Shown: positions 25,585 through 39,216, counted from the stretch's first letter. The stretch is DNA of 64,000 nucleotides from Daphnia carinata (GCF_022539665.2 NC_081331.1:13330001-13394000), one strand, 5' to 3'. A program made the numbers and translations. Notes: generated by a model not told the origin, from the sequence alone.

Positions 25585-27001
25585 TTCTTCCGCTCTCGGT
25601 TAAATTTGTGATGTTATATATACGAGGACAGGCTGAATGACAACAAAGTAAATTACAAAAATTATTTACAATTTTCTGTAACAGTAAAAATTATAGCGAG
25701 AAAATGCGTACAGAGATTTTTTTTTCCCCGGAAAATAGGAGAGGACGTTTCATCTGGCTCGTGTTGGACAACTGCTCCAACGTCACTGACTGACGTCTTC
25801 AACGAAAGGATCTTTTCTCTCTTGCGCGGTGTAGTAGTAAACCTATTCGTAGTGGATGTCCTGTAGGGCGCGCGGTAGGATCTGCATCACTGGTATACTA
25901 GCTCATCGAATCGAACAATGGTCTAATGTTTGTCGTGAAACTACGCTATAACACGTAATATCATTAATCTAGGTATAAGAAAGGGGAGGGATCAACTGCT
26001 GTGAAAAGAAATGAAAATGAACCATCCAAATAAAAGAAAGGGAGGGGACTGGTGAAATTCTCGGAAAAGAGGGTAGGGCGATTCAGGTGGGGGGCAGACA
26101 TGTGTGGTTTCATTGTTGTCTTCGAAAGGAAACAAAAACGTTAAGAGAGAAGGAGGATGGGAGGTTAGGGTAGGCGTTGTGAATTCTTGGAAAAGGATTT
26201 CCATCAATTGCCTTTTTGGACTGGCAGTCACCTGTCCTTTGCGTTCGCCAATAACGCTACGGGGTTTTCCTCCCTTTATCCGTCAAACAAATGGTTCTGA
26301 TTCTTTCAACACAGCTGCGGTTTAAACTTTATCTCGACTTACCTTTGTTCCCCCTTCCTTCGACGTTGTTGACACGGAGCATTTTAACGATGTTTAAAAA
26401 TTATAGCGATACTCTAATAACTTACGAAAATCTTGTTACCAACTGTTGCAGTCAATTAATTTCCTCCGATGACTACAAGAAGGAAGGCAAGTTCTCATAT
26501 TATAACAACATGATGAGGACACGGATGAGACGACTCGTCGTCGCTAGCACTACCCCCGTATTACTTACCATTGTCTCTTGGATAGGCCTAAAAGGAAATT
26601 AAGAAGGATGCCGACTGTAAACAGGTTCACATGTTTTCAGACACGTATTGATTACATAGAACGCCGCCAGGAAGTTTGATTATTCTTAATTGCAGCGTTT
26701 TATAACTAGCGTGGAAAGCCAAGATTTCAGTCTTCGGTTTCACAACAAATATAGTTTGCCTTTTCAGAGATCTCTCTATGAAGCAATTAAGCATCATAAA
26801 GTATATTAGATTTGTTTTTAACATGTGAAACTGCATGTTAAACAAACGGAATTTAACTATTGTTTTATAAACAATTCTAATCTTCGCCCTGATACAAAAG
26901 AAATTGTTGGAACAGACGTGACTCACCCATTTCTAAATACATGTATTAACATGTCCTGCCAACCCTCGGCGAAGAATATTCTTCAGTAACAACTAATTCG
27001 T

Positions 27002-27953
27002 TCACGCCTTCGTTTCAGTTTTCTTGTCGTCCTTATTACTTGCAGTTAGGTTCTCATGTTTCGGCGGATGTTCCAAGATTTTATCAATCAATCCAAACTC
27101 TTTAGCTTCTACTGGGGACATGAATTTGTCACGCTCCATACTGCTCTCGATTAAAGACAATTGCAAACCAGTATGTTTTAAATACAATTGGTTGATCTGT
27201 TTTTTTAGTTTCATGATTTCTTCTGCTTGAATCTGAATATCTGTTGCTTGTCCCTGCAAAAAATACTCAATTTAGTTTTGGAAGGACTTCTGAAATGTAA
27301 CTGAAAACACCTGAACACCGCCAGATGGTTGGTGTATCATAATCCGAGAATTTGGCAGTGAATATCTCATTCCTGGGGACCCTGATGCTAATAGAAGGCT
27401 AGCCATACTACATGCCTGCCCAACACACCATGTAGCAATTGGTGGTAGAACATACTGCATTGTGTCATAAATACCCAATCCTGCTGTCACCGAACCTCCT
27501 GGACTAAATAGAATAAATATTGACAAAGCAATCTGAGACAAATGCTGAAGAATTCCAATAGTTTTACCTATTTATATACATGTGAACTGGCTTCTTGTTG
27601 CTCTCTGACTGAAGAAATAGTAGCTGGGCAACAACTAGACTGGACAAATCATCTGTAATCTGACAAACGATCAAAGCCTTTATCACTTCTAGCTATTGAA
27701 TAATCAAATATTCAACTCACTGGTCCCATGACACAGATGATTCGTTCCTTCAGTAACCTAGAATAAATGTCATAGGCTCGTTCTCCTCGTCCAGTTTGCT
27801 CTATCACGATGGGAACTAAGGGATATGTAAGGTGTGCACTTGTATGGAATAAACGCGAACTTCTCTATATAACACGTGGTGAGGATCAGACAGTAAGTTC
27901 AATACAGAAAATATTTCTACCATTGCGCTATTCATTAACGATTTAGCCAGCAT
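27002..27953 (-). CDS. CLPP: Mitochondrial ATP-dependent Clp protease proteolytic subunit, 5 exons
   Basis: [79 protein letters not shown] (catalytic Ser), [10 protein letters not shown] (His), [19 protein letters not shown]. Transit-peptide-like exon 1. Confidence 0.96.
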
Positions 27954-28072
27954 TTTCAAAGCTTAGGATTGGTTTAGTTATTTCGCCTACTGCTGATGTT
28001 CGAAGGCCTTTCCAAAATTGTTTTGATGGATATGAAAGATGTTATGAAACATTGAAACGCTGTGTTTGATTT

Positions 28073-28111
28073 ACACTAGATGGCCTTTCATAAGAAGGAG
28101 ACATCTAGCGG
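28073..28111. promoter_or_regulatory. Pair of inward-facing CTCF-like motifs in the CLPP/CLYBL bidirectional promoter
   Basis: ACACTAGATGGCCT on + (28073-28086) and CCGCTAGATGTCTC on - (28111-28098), compared with the CTCF core CCRSYAGRKGGC. Confidence 0.5.
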
Positions 28112-28212
28112 TGATCGCGACAATACCGAATGTCAACAACAGTTTAACTGTTTGCATCCATAACAAAATATAACCGATTTGATAAAGTAAAGAACAGAGC
28201 AAGAAAATTAAC

Positions 28213-29503
28213 ATGTTAAAAACAAATGCGTTAAAAAAACTTTCATTTCCGATGCGGCAATGTTTTTCCAAAATATTGTTAGACGCGAGATTAATTACTG
28301 GTGGAAATGTAAATGATACAAAGGTGCATCAAGTTCCGCTTTTTTCGTTACCGTGATCTTCTAAGGCACTAATGAATAAATTTACGTAAAAATGGGAATT
28401 ATAGAAATACACACCTCGTCGTGCGATGATGTATGTTTCTGGGAATGACTGGAAAAAGATCAACAAGATTAGCTCAATGGGAGCAGATAGTTTTATTCTC
28501 GACTGTGAAGATGGTGTGGCTTTGAACAGGAAGGTCATTTACTGTAGGAAGTATGAGATATTTCTATGTTGTTGACCCTTATTATATTTTCACAGGATGA
28601 AGCTCGAAATAACATTCAAAAGATATTTCAAGAGAAAATGTTTTCAGCATTGAAATCTGAATTATCTGTCAGAATAAATTCAATAGAAAGTGGTCTTTGT
28701 AAGAAGGATTTGGAAACCATCCTGAAAGGCCCAATTTTCCCATCAACTCTTCATCTCCCCAAAATGGAAACAAAAATGCAGCTTGATTGGCTTGCCCAAG
28801 AACTGGAGTCTCTTCTTGGGAAGAATCATATTATTAAATTGATTGTATTTGTTGAATCAGCCAGAGCTTTACTTGATATGAAAGAATTAATTCAACATTG
28901 CTTCATCCTAATGGATCAAGGGGCACCTTTTACTCTTGAAGCTGCTGTTTTTGGATCTGACGACTTTTGTGCTGACATTGGTAACGACTAAAAAACTTCG
29001 ATGACGACTTGAAATTTTAAATGAATTTTGGTTAGGCGCTACCAGGACACCCGAAGCCAAAGAGCTCCTATATTCTCGTCAGCATTTTGTCACGTGTGCG
29101 AAAGCCTACCGTTTACAAGCAATTGACCTTGTGTACATAAATTTCAAGGTAAGGTGTTTTGAATACTTACTTTCATAATCAAAAATGGAAATATTCGTCG
29201 CGTGATTTATGTACTTTTTTCTTATAGGACATGGATGGTCTACTACGTCAATCAGTGGAGGGCGCTCAAATGGGCTTCACCGGCAAACAGGTGATACATC
29301 CAAGTCAAATTGAAATTGTACAGCAAGCATTCAGTCCATCGAAAGAGAAGATCCAATGGGCTCGCGAACTTGTTCAGTCATTTGATGCACACCAGCAGTC
29401 AGGCAAGGGCGCTTTTACCTTTCATGGTAACATGATTGATATGCCCTTGCTTCTTCAAGCTAGAAACATTCTCCAAATGGCAGAACATCTCGACCAAAAT
29501 TAG
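28213..29503 (+). CDS. CLYBL: Citrate lyase beta-like protein / citramalyl-CoA lyase, mitochondrial, 5 exons
   Basis: YTPRRAMMYVSGND, ILDCEDGVALNRK, ELSVRINS, VFGSDDFCADIGATRT, AIDLVYINFKD, GAQMGFTGKQVIHPSQI, GAFTFHGNMIDMPLLLQARN. Confidence 0.93.
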
Positions 29504-29617
29504 TAAAAAATACTTAAGTGATTTGTTGGAAAATTGTAATAAAACATTCTAAGGATTTAACCGTAGCTTTTTTCATTTGTTCATACTATCACCAACACCC
29601 AAAGACCGGAACCACTT

Positions 29618-31076
29618 CTACATTGTAACGATAATTTTACCACGCTTATGACCTGCTTTCATTTTAGCATAAGCCTCCGGTAACTGTTCGTAGGGAAACA
29701 CACTATCCACTGCTGTCTGAAGCTTCAAAATGAAAAACAACAAAACCGACATTAATTTACACATACCTACACTATATTTAAATAGGACCTAGTCGAAGCT
29801 GTATAAATACCTTTTTATTTCGAGCCAAATCGACCAATTCTGTAAGAGCCGACGAGCTTGGGACGAAATAAGCCCATCGCAATGTCTTGCCTTCTATTAT
29901 GGCTGAGGAGTTCGCAGCCAGCAAGTCCAAGCCATTTTTCATCATTCCGCCAATCATACCATGTTCGTCGAAATTCCGTAACGTAGGCGGAGATAAAGTC
30001 ACATACTTGGCATTAGACCATGGTTTCAAAAAACTGTAATTGAAGTTGTGAGTACGACCTGTACAATCTAATATCACGTCAAACCTAAACCAAATACGAT
30101 TAGTGATAGCGTAAAATACATGAAGAATCTGAATTTGACCACACCCGCCAAACTGATACAACTCCGATTCTGCTTCAGGGGAGGTATAATCTATTACAAA
30201 GTCAGATCCTAATTCTATAAGAAAAGGTATCACTTCTGAGGAGCCACTTGCAACAATCTATTTCAGAAGTCAGATTTGAGTTATGGGTGCATTTTGAAAA
30301 TCTAACATAACACTTACTATTGCTCCCCAGTTTTTCAAAAGCTGGATGGCTATTGAGCCAACTCCTCCTGCTGCTCCCATCACCAACACCTTTTTACCTT
30401 TTGAGCCAATACACAGCTCAGCTGTAATACTAAGTGCTGACCATGCTGTCAAGCCTGCATAAGGAAGTGATGCTGCCTCTTCCATTGTTAAATTGCCTGG
30501 CTTTTGTTTCATGTTACTTGCTGAGGTTACAAGATACTCAGCATGTGATCCTGCTTGTGGAGGTGGAATGATACCCATAACTTCATCACCAAGCTGAAGG
30601 TTTTTCACAGCTCCACCAACTGCTTGAACAACACCAGCAAAGTCTCTTCCAAGGGTTAAAGGAAGATGAGTTTTTGTAATCTGGCTGATCCTACTAGGTT
30701 TTAGATAGCTGTAATTTTCAAAAAGTTGCTGACCATATCCCTCTATAAATATACATAACACTAATGAAACCCAAGTTTGGTAATGTTTGATTTTTGGCAT
30801 ACCTGACATCATTACATCAAGTGAATTGATGGATGCTGCCTTGACTTTGACCAATACTTCATTTGGTTGTGTTATTGGGGGTACCTCTACAGTACTTACC
30901 AATTTCAAGGATTCAAGTCCTTTATAACCATAAAGTTGCCAGGCTGACATGGTACCAGGAAGGTTTGGGAGTTCATTTGGTCTCACAAACGAACTACATT
31001 TTCTGATAGTAGACTTTAAAAACATCACTTCGAAACCCCAAATGGTGCGGGAAGCTAAAGAGCTCATTTTTAACAT
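29618..31076 (-). CDS. RTN4IP1: Reticulon-4-interacting protein 1, mitochondrial NADPH oxidoreductase (MDR/QOR family), 5 exons
   Basis: MSAWQLYGYKG, EVLVKVKAASINSLDVMMSEGYG, LPLTLGRDFAGVV, EAASLPYAGLTAWSAL, VLVMGAAGGVGSIAIQL, YVTLSPP, LRWAYFVPS, C-terminal AGHKRGKIIVTM*. Confidence 0.93.
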
Positions 31077-31402
31077 GGAAGAGAATCAACGTTTTTCCTT
31101 CGCTATTCCATAACAAACACACGTGTATCTGATAGAAGGAAAACAAAACAGAACCAATAGGCCCACTTGCGGAATTTGTTCTGCAAAGAAACAAACAAGT
31201 TAGGACAACCAAGCGGAAATTTCTTGAACTACAATCCTTTTAATGAAATTAATGTTATATAACATTTACGTTATGGTTTCTTAATTTTCAAAACTGTTAT
31301 CCTCTATCATTTTGTAAAAAAGGTAAGACACACACTGTATAGAATGTGGACATTTCAAATTCTAACAACGTTTGTTGTTGCTTGCACTTCTTCCGTGCCG
31401 TA

Positions 31403-31416
31403 CGGCCATCTAGCGG
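31403..31416 (-). promoter_or_regulatory. CTCF-like motif in the RTN4IP1/QRSL1 bidirectional promoter
   Basis: Minus strand reads CCGCTAGATGGCCG, a near-perfect CTCF core. Confidence 0.55.
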
Positions 31417-31513
31417 TGTGTTGTCAGTCAAAGTTTGGTCGTGTCGTCTGTTGGTTTTGAAAGCAGGTAAAATAATTTAAACACGGAAAATAAAAATAAA
31501 AACGTCTTCCAAA

Positions 31514-33576
31514 ATGTTGCAGCAATTAAAATCTGGGGGATGTTCAGTGCAAGAACTCTATGCGCAATGTATGAATCGTGTACAAAAGATAAAAAACCTG
31601 AATGCCTACATAACGGTAACAAATAAAATCAGTCAAGTGCAGCTAGAAGAATCTGCTCAGAGATATATGAAAGGTAGAAAAAGTCCATCACGAATTCCCG
31701 GATTGATACACTTCGACCTATTGATCAACAATATTTTTAGGGATTCCCAGACCCATTGAAGGGATTCCAGTAGCTGTCAAAGATAATTTTTGTACCAAGA
31801 ACACAAAAACTACGTGTGCTTCAAAAATGTTGGAAAACTTTTTTCCTACCTACAACGCAACTGTTGTTGAAAGACTACTTGATTCCGGAGCTATATTAAT
31901 GGGGAAGACAAACATGGATGAATTTGGAATGGGGTTTGTAATCTTGTTCACCATTTTTTGATAAATTTTATTGAAATTAAATTATACTATATTGTAGATC
32001 AGGAACAACTGAAAGCATCTTTGGTCCTACTAGAAATATATGGGGGTCTCACATCATCCAGGAATTGAATCCCAACTTTAATGAAACATTCAGTACTCCA
32101 CCAGATGATTTTTTTATTGCTGGTGGTAGCTCAGGTGGTAGTGCTGTTGCAGTTGCTTCTGGATCATGCACAGTGTGAGCATTCTGGGAAGTTAAAAATG
32201 TGATTGTAAAGATTATATATTTGCAAACTGTGTTTCCAGTGCACTAGGATCAGACACAGGCGGTTCTGTTCGGAATCCCGCGAGCTACTGCGGCGTCGTG
32301 GGATTCAAACCAAGTTATGGCTCCCTTTCCAGGTATGGCCTGATTCCTTTGGTAAATTCCATGGACGTTCCGGGGATTCTAGCGCGGACCGTCGGCGATT
32401 GTCGATCAGCCTTTGGTATGTTCTGCAAATGCCTTAGCCAGTTAAACTTGGCGATCTTATTTTATATTTATTTATTAAATACTTTCACCGACTCACTACG
32501 TTTACAAAATTAGACATTATAAAGGGCTGGGATCCTAAAGATTCCACTACACTTCAGCGCCCCTTGAATAAGAGTAAACTGAAACGGGCTTCTGCGAAGC
32601 TTAGTAAGTTATGCGTGGGGATCCCAAAGGAGTTTTATTGCCCTGGATTATCTTCTGAAGTCGCCGACGGTAAATTTTCTGAAAAACACCACCAAATCTT
32701 CTCTAGTCATTCTTGTACAATCAGTAATATTTAACATTCGCTGTGTGCTGTGGAATTCTGTTCTATATTTCTCCTGCGATTCGATTCTACTGGAAAAAAT
32801 TATCATACAGCTTGGAGGGATGTCACGGACCTATTGGAGAACTGCGGGGTTCAAGTTGTTCAAGTAGGTTAAAACCAAAATGTATTCTCTCTGCCGACAG
32901 ATTATGCCCAATTTACTTATTAGGTATCTCTTCCTCACACATCCTATTCCATTGCCTGCTATTCTGTGCTAAATCCTTGTGAAGTGGCGTCAAATATGGC
33001 ACGTTATGACGGATTGCGATATGGCTATCGCGCGACGGGTAAAAACCTGAATAGCACGGAGAGCCTTTACGCGGCCACCCGATCACAGGCTTTTAATCAA
33101 ATTGTGCGTGGGCGAATTTTGGCCGGAAACTACTTTTTGTTAAAAGAGTTAGTAATTTTTTTTTCCGTCCGTTGTGACGTTTTTACCTTCATCTTTTCTC
33201 TTTGAATAGGAACTACCAGAAGTATTTTGTTCAGGCCATGAAGCTCCGCAGATTGATATACGAAGATTACATTAAATTGTGGAGTACGGGTGTCGATTTG
33301 TTATTGACTCCCGTAACTTTGTCGGATGCACCATTGTTTTCAGAATTCAACCAAAAGGATTCTCGTGCTCAATCTGCAGACCAGGACTACTGCACGCAAC
33401 CTGCAAACATGGCTGGAATACCAGCCTTGAGTCTGCCCGTTAGACTGTCGAAGCGAAACTTACCACTGAGTATTCAATTGATGGCACCTCATTTTGACGA
33501 TGAAACGCTGCTAGATGTAGCTGAACTCCTCGAAAAAGAGCTCACTTTTCCCCAACCGATTGTTAAAGAGGCATGA
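31514..33576 (+). CDS. QRSL1: Glutamyl-tRNA(Gln) amidotransferase subunit A, mitochondrial, ~8 exons
   Basis: [34 protein letters not shown], amidase signature [13 protein letters not shown]...[61 protein letters not shown]. Confidence 0.95.
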
Positions 33577-33776
33577 GACGAATTTTTTCTTCCTAGATAT
33601 TAAATACATACAAGAAAGTCATAAATGGACATTTTGTCAATTTTTTAAATAACTTTTCATGTTCTTAACCTTGCTGCTCTCACGTAAAAATCCATGCAAA
33701 GGACCTTTAAAATCACACAATATTATAGTAAAATTTGACTGAAGTAACGTTCGACAGAGTCTGAGATATCACATTA

Positions 33777-36700
33777 TCAGTCAAAGTATTTATCCAATTT
33801 AAGACGTGGAGCTATGTTCATGGCCTGAAGTTCCTGGAATAGCAGTTTGCACGCATACGGAATACGGATGGAAGAAACCGATCCGCTTGATTTGCAATAA
33901 TGACACCATCCAAAATACCCCATCAGGCCACACTGATTGCACACGTCGACATCGAATGCGTCACTGGATATCATTAGCCGCTCCAAAATCAACATGCTTC
34001 AAATTAATAGAAAATCTTTAGCTAGTAAAAGAACTTAGAGGGGTTTCAGTCACTTTAATCTACAAATTATATCGAACCTCGATCCGTATGCAATAAGACA
34101 ATCACGTTCCATTTCACCGAGACGTAAACCGCCTTCACGAGCTCGACCTTCTGTTGGTTGTCGAGTGAGGACAGCTCTTGGTCCACGTGATCGTGCATGC
34201 ATTTTATCCATCACCATGTGTTTCAATTTTTGATAGTAAACCTACAACAGGGAAGCATCCACACTTAAAATGCACAACGAAGAAATCATTTACGTTGCCT
34301 AATTACTGGTCCAAAATAAATGTAGGCTGTCAGTTGCTCCCCAGTTGTACCAGACGTCATACACTCTTTGCCTTGATAGTTAAATCCGTGTTTAATGAGT
34401 TCTTCACTAACATCTTGAACCTAAAAAATAATAGAAACAATTATTAAATGAAAGAATACTGTCGTGAAGAACTTTAGTCAACAGTCAAATGTTACCTTGG
34501 ACCCTCCAAATGCTGTGCCATAATGAAACTTTCCCTCTAACACACCGGCTTTTCCAGCTAGTAGTTCGATCAGCTTACCGACAGTCATACGAGATGGAAA
34601 TCCATGGGGATTCATAATGACATCGGGGCAAATTCCTAGTTCCGTAAACGGCAGATCTTCTTGTTCAGCAATGAGAGCTACAAAATAAAAGGGAACGCTT
34701 AAGAGCTATATCGAAGAACAAAACACGAAGAAAATTACCAGTGACTCCTTTCTGACCATGCCGACTGCTGAATTTGTCTCCGATTTCAGGACGTCGGGTT
34801 TGTCGCAGCTGGATTTTGATTATGTGTGCTTCTTCAGCGTTGGATGAGAACATCACTTTTTCTACGTATGAAGGAATTGCACCCTTATAACTAAAGGCAA
34901 TAACTGACAATTAAAATGCGACTTGGTAATGCTAAAACATTAATGAGAGTACGTGATGGGAACGTCACGATATTCGGGCAGCGGGACGGCTGCTGGCGCT
35001 CCCGGTGTAACAGTGACCACAGGGGCAGTTGGCATTGCTTTGTTAATTAATATCTGACGATAGTTATAATGTTATTTACGGATTAGAATTCAACGATTCT
35101 CTGTTAAGTACTTGTTTAGGTTGAACCGGTTGACCAACGCTTGCAAAGCCATCGGCGTCTAGAATTTCATGTTTCCAGATAGGTTTTTTGGTTGTTGAAT
35201 CAACCATAGGGCCATTAACGCGATCTGAGCTCTGATTGTTGTAACGTTTTAAAGAGCATTTGGCGTTCTTGTAAACAAGACAACGACCGTAACCTAAGGC
35301 ATAAGGGTAAATGTAGATCAAGGGAAGAAAATGATTTCTCTAGAGCAATATTACCTCGATCAAGTGAAGCTTTGTTTAAGACAGTGGCATCTTCAATGTC
35401 AAAACCAGAGTAACTCATGACGGCGACCATTGCGTTTTGTCCAGCGGGAAGATTCTCAAAGTTAATCAGCTCAATGGTTCGGGTCTTCACCATTGGCTTG
35501 TGCGGATAAACCAGGTTGTAGAGCAACGTATCAATTCGATTGCGTTGGTTGCAAGCGATGGTACCCATTGCCTGTTTACCCATGGCGCATTGATACGTGT
35601 TTCGAGGACTTTGGTTGTGGTGGGGATAAGGGATCAGGCCAGCACAGACACCAAGCAAGGTAAATGGTTCGATTTCGAGGTGAGTGGATTCTATTGTGAT
35701 GTCCGATTCGTAGACAGCAATGTTGCTGTCGTTTTCTTCATTTACATCCAAGTACTCAATCAATCCATCGTAAATAAAATCTTCGAATGTGCGAAAGCCA
35801 TCCGCCAGCTCTTGCATATGTTTTTCGGTTACGGCTGGTGTTCCTTTCCGTACTATTACGTAAGGCCTAAATGCATAAGTAAATTCAGAATAGTGCAGTT
35901 AAAAAAATTGAATTAGGAAACTGACCGGCATAAACGACCACCATCACAACTGATGTAAACGGAACGAGTTTGAAAGTGTGGGTAAATGGAAACGAATGCA
36001 TTGATGTAGCCATGACGTCTCGCCAATTTAAAGTAGCGGATTAGGCGCTGGTAGTTTTTAACAAGCCCGAGAATGTTACCTAAAATGACCTTAAAAATGA
36101 GAATGTTAACGTAATAGAAAAAGGAAAAGAGTAGAAACCATTAAGAAAGACGGTGTAAACGTTCGGGTCGCTGATTTCCTCGCCACTGAACAGATTGATA
36201 TCTTCCACCCCCATATTCTGTGCAATCCGGATGATTGGTTCTTCCTCTGCTTCGGTCGTGATGTGAGTCATTAGTGCCAAATTTTTTACTAGACCACATC
36301 CCTATTAAAGTAGATTAAAAGCAAAAAATCGACAATGAAAAACAGAACAAACCAACAAAAGAAATTAATAAAATTGATTATTTGCTGTGGGAAAGTTAAG
36401 AATGGTGAAAGATTAAAGAAAATGAAAATAGTTTACCTCGCCTTCTGGTGTGTCTGACGGGCAAAGCATACCTGCAAATTTATTAGAAAGAAAAATAACA
36501 TGAGCCTAAAATATGAAGGAAAAATGTAGATTCTTACCCCACTGTGACGGCTGTAAAGAGCGGGGCCCTGATACCTTGCGTGTTTTTTCAAATTGAGAAT
36601 TGACGCGGGTCATCATTCCAAGTCCGGAAATGTACGACAAGCGACAAAGCATTTGCGTTACACCTTGCCTATCCATCCGGAAACGTTTGATAGTCCAGTT

Positions 36701-38395
36701 TCCCTAAGAAAACAGAAATGTTTTACTTTCCCAAGCAGGAAATTTATATGGCAATGATTTTTACCGTAGAAATAGCATTTTCTAACCCCATGGTGATGTG
36801 ATCTGTTCGAATATGTTTGATAACATCGAACTGGGCCGCTTTAATCTTTGGAATATTCTTATCAGCAATTTGTTTCAACTCGAAATTCATCCGCTTGAAC
36901 AAATCCTCAAACAGAAGCGACAGTAGCGATCCCGCTAATTCTAAACGCTTGTTACCATAATAATCACGATCATCGACGGAGCTTGGATCATTTTCAGCTT
37001 GTATGACCCGTCGAATCATCAAAGCTAGATACATAGCTTTCGCTTTGAAATTGAAGTCTTCCACCTACAACATGGAATTAAGGGAAAGGTCACTATTATA
37101 TGAAAGAAACGATCTCACCGGAACATGGGCAAGTATAGTTGTGGCAAGTGTTTCTCTTGCCTCTTCTATGGCCGTTTTCTTTGGACCTCCAAAGAACCGT
37201 TTTTGACGCAATTTGTTTCCCAAATGTCTGTTCAAAAAATGAATTGAGGTTTTACGTAAATTGAAGCGTTCCTTACAAATGTACCGTAATGCCTGCTGTT
37301 GAGTAAAAATGGAGGCGCGTACGCATTCTTCCAGGGAAGGTGCAAAAGACGTCATCACACGGTCATCCGTACCGATCATTTGTACTATTTCTTGGTCTGA
37401 CACGATGCCCATTGCTTTAAACACTATGGCGACGGGTATATCCTACAAGTTGATCAAATTGAATAAACTAAATGGTGTCTAGATTAAGTAATGTTGACAC
37501 AATATCCTTACATCTTGGAAACTATTTTGTTTCAAGTAGTATTTGCCTTTGTTTACAACGACGTTTGTACGTGTCTTTGTCCCGTGTGTGCTACTGGTTA
37601 CTTGACAGGACATATTGCCTTTTCTGTCCTCTTCGACAATCATGCGGTTTTTGGACATTTGTTCCTGAATTAAAATCACCTACGAAACAAAGTTAGTTTA
37701 GTAAATGCAATTTTGAAGCAATATGTCTACATACTTTCTCATTTCCTCTAACAATGAAGTAGCCACCACAGTCATAAGGGCATTCATTCTTTTTAGCCAT
37801 TTCAGCAGGTGAAATGCCAGCCAGAGTACAGTTTGAACTTCTAAGCATAATGGGCATTCTTCCAATTGGAATTCCATTCCGTACAATTCTCTGTTGTCCC
37901 CTGGTGTATTCAATGTCCACGGTAACTGGTGCAGAGTATGTCATATCTCTCAACCTGCATTCATGTGGTGTTGTCAATCGAGACTAGGTATAAGAAAAAT
38001 ATTTTATGAAATCCATTGTCATTATTGAATATAACTAAAGAAATTTACATGATTCATATCTTCAACTGAGTCTGGCTTTCCCACATGAATATCAAGATAT
38101 TTGATGTAGAAAGTTGGATCTGCATGACTTAAAACCCTGTCGTTGGCCTTCACTATCTTCTTGATATCAACATTGATGAAGTAGTTGTAGGAGTCAATGT
38201 GTTGTTTCACCAACCCTTTTGTTTTCAGAAAAGCAGGCACCAGTTTCCATTTTTCCTAAATATAAAGATTACTGATGATGTAATAAAATGTTCATAGATT
38301 CGCAAGTATAATCTCGTTGTAAATACCTCGACAGCCTTAATTGGCTGCAGCAATTTTTCTAAATCATCATACATATCTTTTTTCGCTTCACCCAT
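33777..38395 (-). CDS. POLR3B: DNA-directed RNA polymerase III subunit RPC2 (second-largest subunit), many short exons
   Basis: [118 protein letters not shown]-terminal zinc finger and [17 protein letters not shown]. The N-terminus is RPC2-type rather than RPB2-type. Confidence 0.96.
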
Positions 38396-38862
38396 TCTTC
38401 AACGCTATTATAAAATTTTTAAATCCTAACACTAAAGCCGAGTGCTAATTGTTTAATCACAAACGACACAAACAGTTAAAGTACGTATTTTAATTCGTGT
38501 TATTGCTTTAAAATGATAAAACTCGATTAAAACAAATTTCTTTCCTAATAAAAACCTGTGTGTACTGGAACACACGTGAAGCAGTTCTGTACACCACAGC
38601 CGGCTGCTGAAATTTCAAGCAGACGAAAATTTAACCAGTTGAATTACAGCGCCATCACTATTTGCTGGCCCTGTACTGCCATCTATACTCTGGTTAGTTG
38701 TTACTACATGTAGATGTTCAGTTATATACAAATGGAAATGTGTCTATGTGTATCAGACGATATTCATCGACGTGAAAGGACTGAACAAATTTGAAATTTT
38801 TGAAACTGAGGCAAGTGACAAGTATAACTACATTGATTCGTATACCCTCGACAATAAATTCA

Positions 38863-39216
38863 ATGTCTCCGGTTGGAATTCATCAGTTTACAGGAAAAGT
38901 TATGGGCAAGAATGTCTGTTATCAAGCTTTAAAACTAAAAGATCAGATTGTCTTATGGATTGGCATGGAGAATGATCCATCTTTCAAAGATCTGTCTCTA
39001 GCAATGAGTACTGCATATGAAAAATCACCTACATCTGTCAAAATCTTGGGTGATTCATCTTCTTTGACATCTTCAACTCTTGCTACCCGTCTATCCAAGA
39101 GATGCAAGAAACCTATTTTTGTCAGCTTCAACATTCCAGAAACCAATCAAGAAATATTTACCAAGATTGAAGAACGATTATTGGAAGAGATCATGGTATC
39201 ACCAGAATTTTTCTGA
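38863..39216 (+). CDS. PSMG4: Proteasome assembly chaperone 4 (single coding exon)
   Basis: MSPVGIHQFTGKVMGKNVCYQALKLKDQIVLWIG...DLSLAM...STLATRLSKRCKKPIFVSFNI...IEERLLEEIMVSPEFF matches the PAC4 family. First ATG at 38863. Confidence 0.9.
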   Translation: MSPVGIHQFTGKVMGKNVCYQALKLKDQIVLWIGMENDPSFKDLSLAMSTAYEKSPTSVKILGDSSSLTSSTLATRLSKRCKKPIFVSFNIPETNQEIFTKIEERLLEEIMVSPEFF

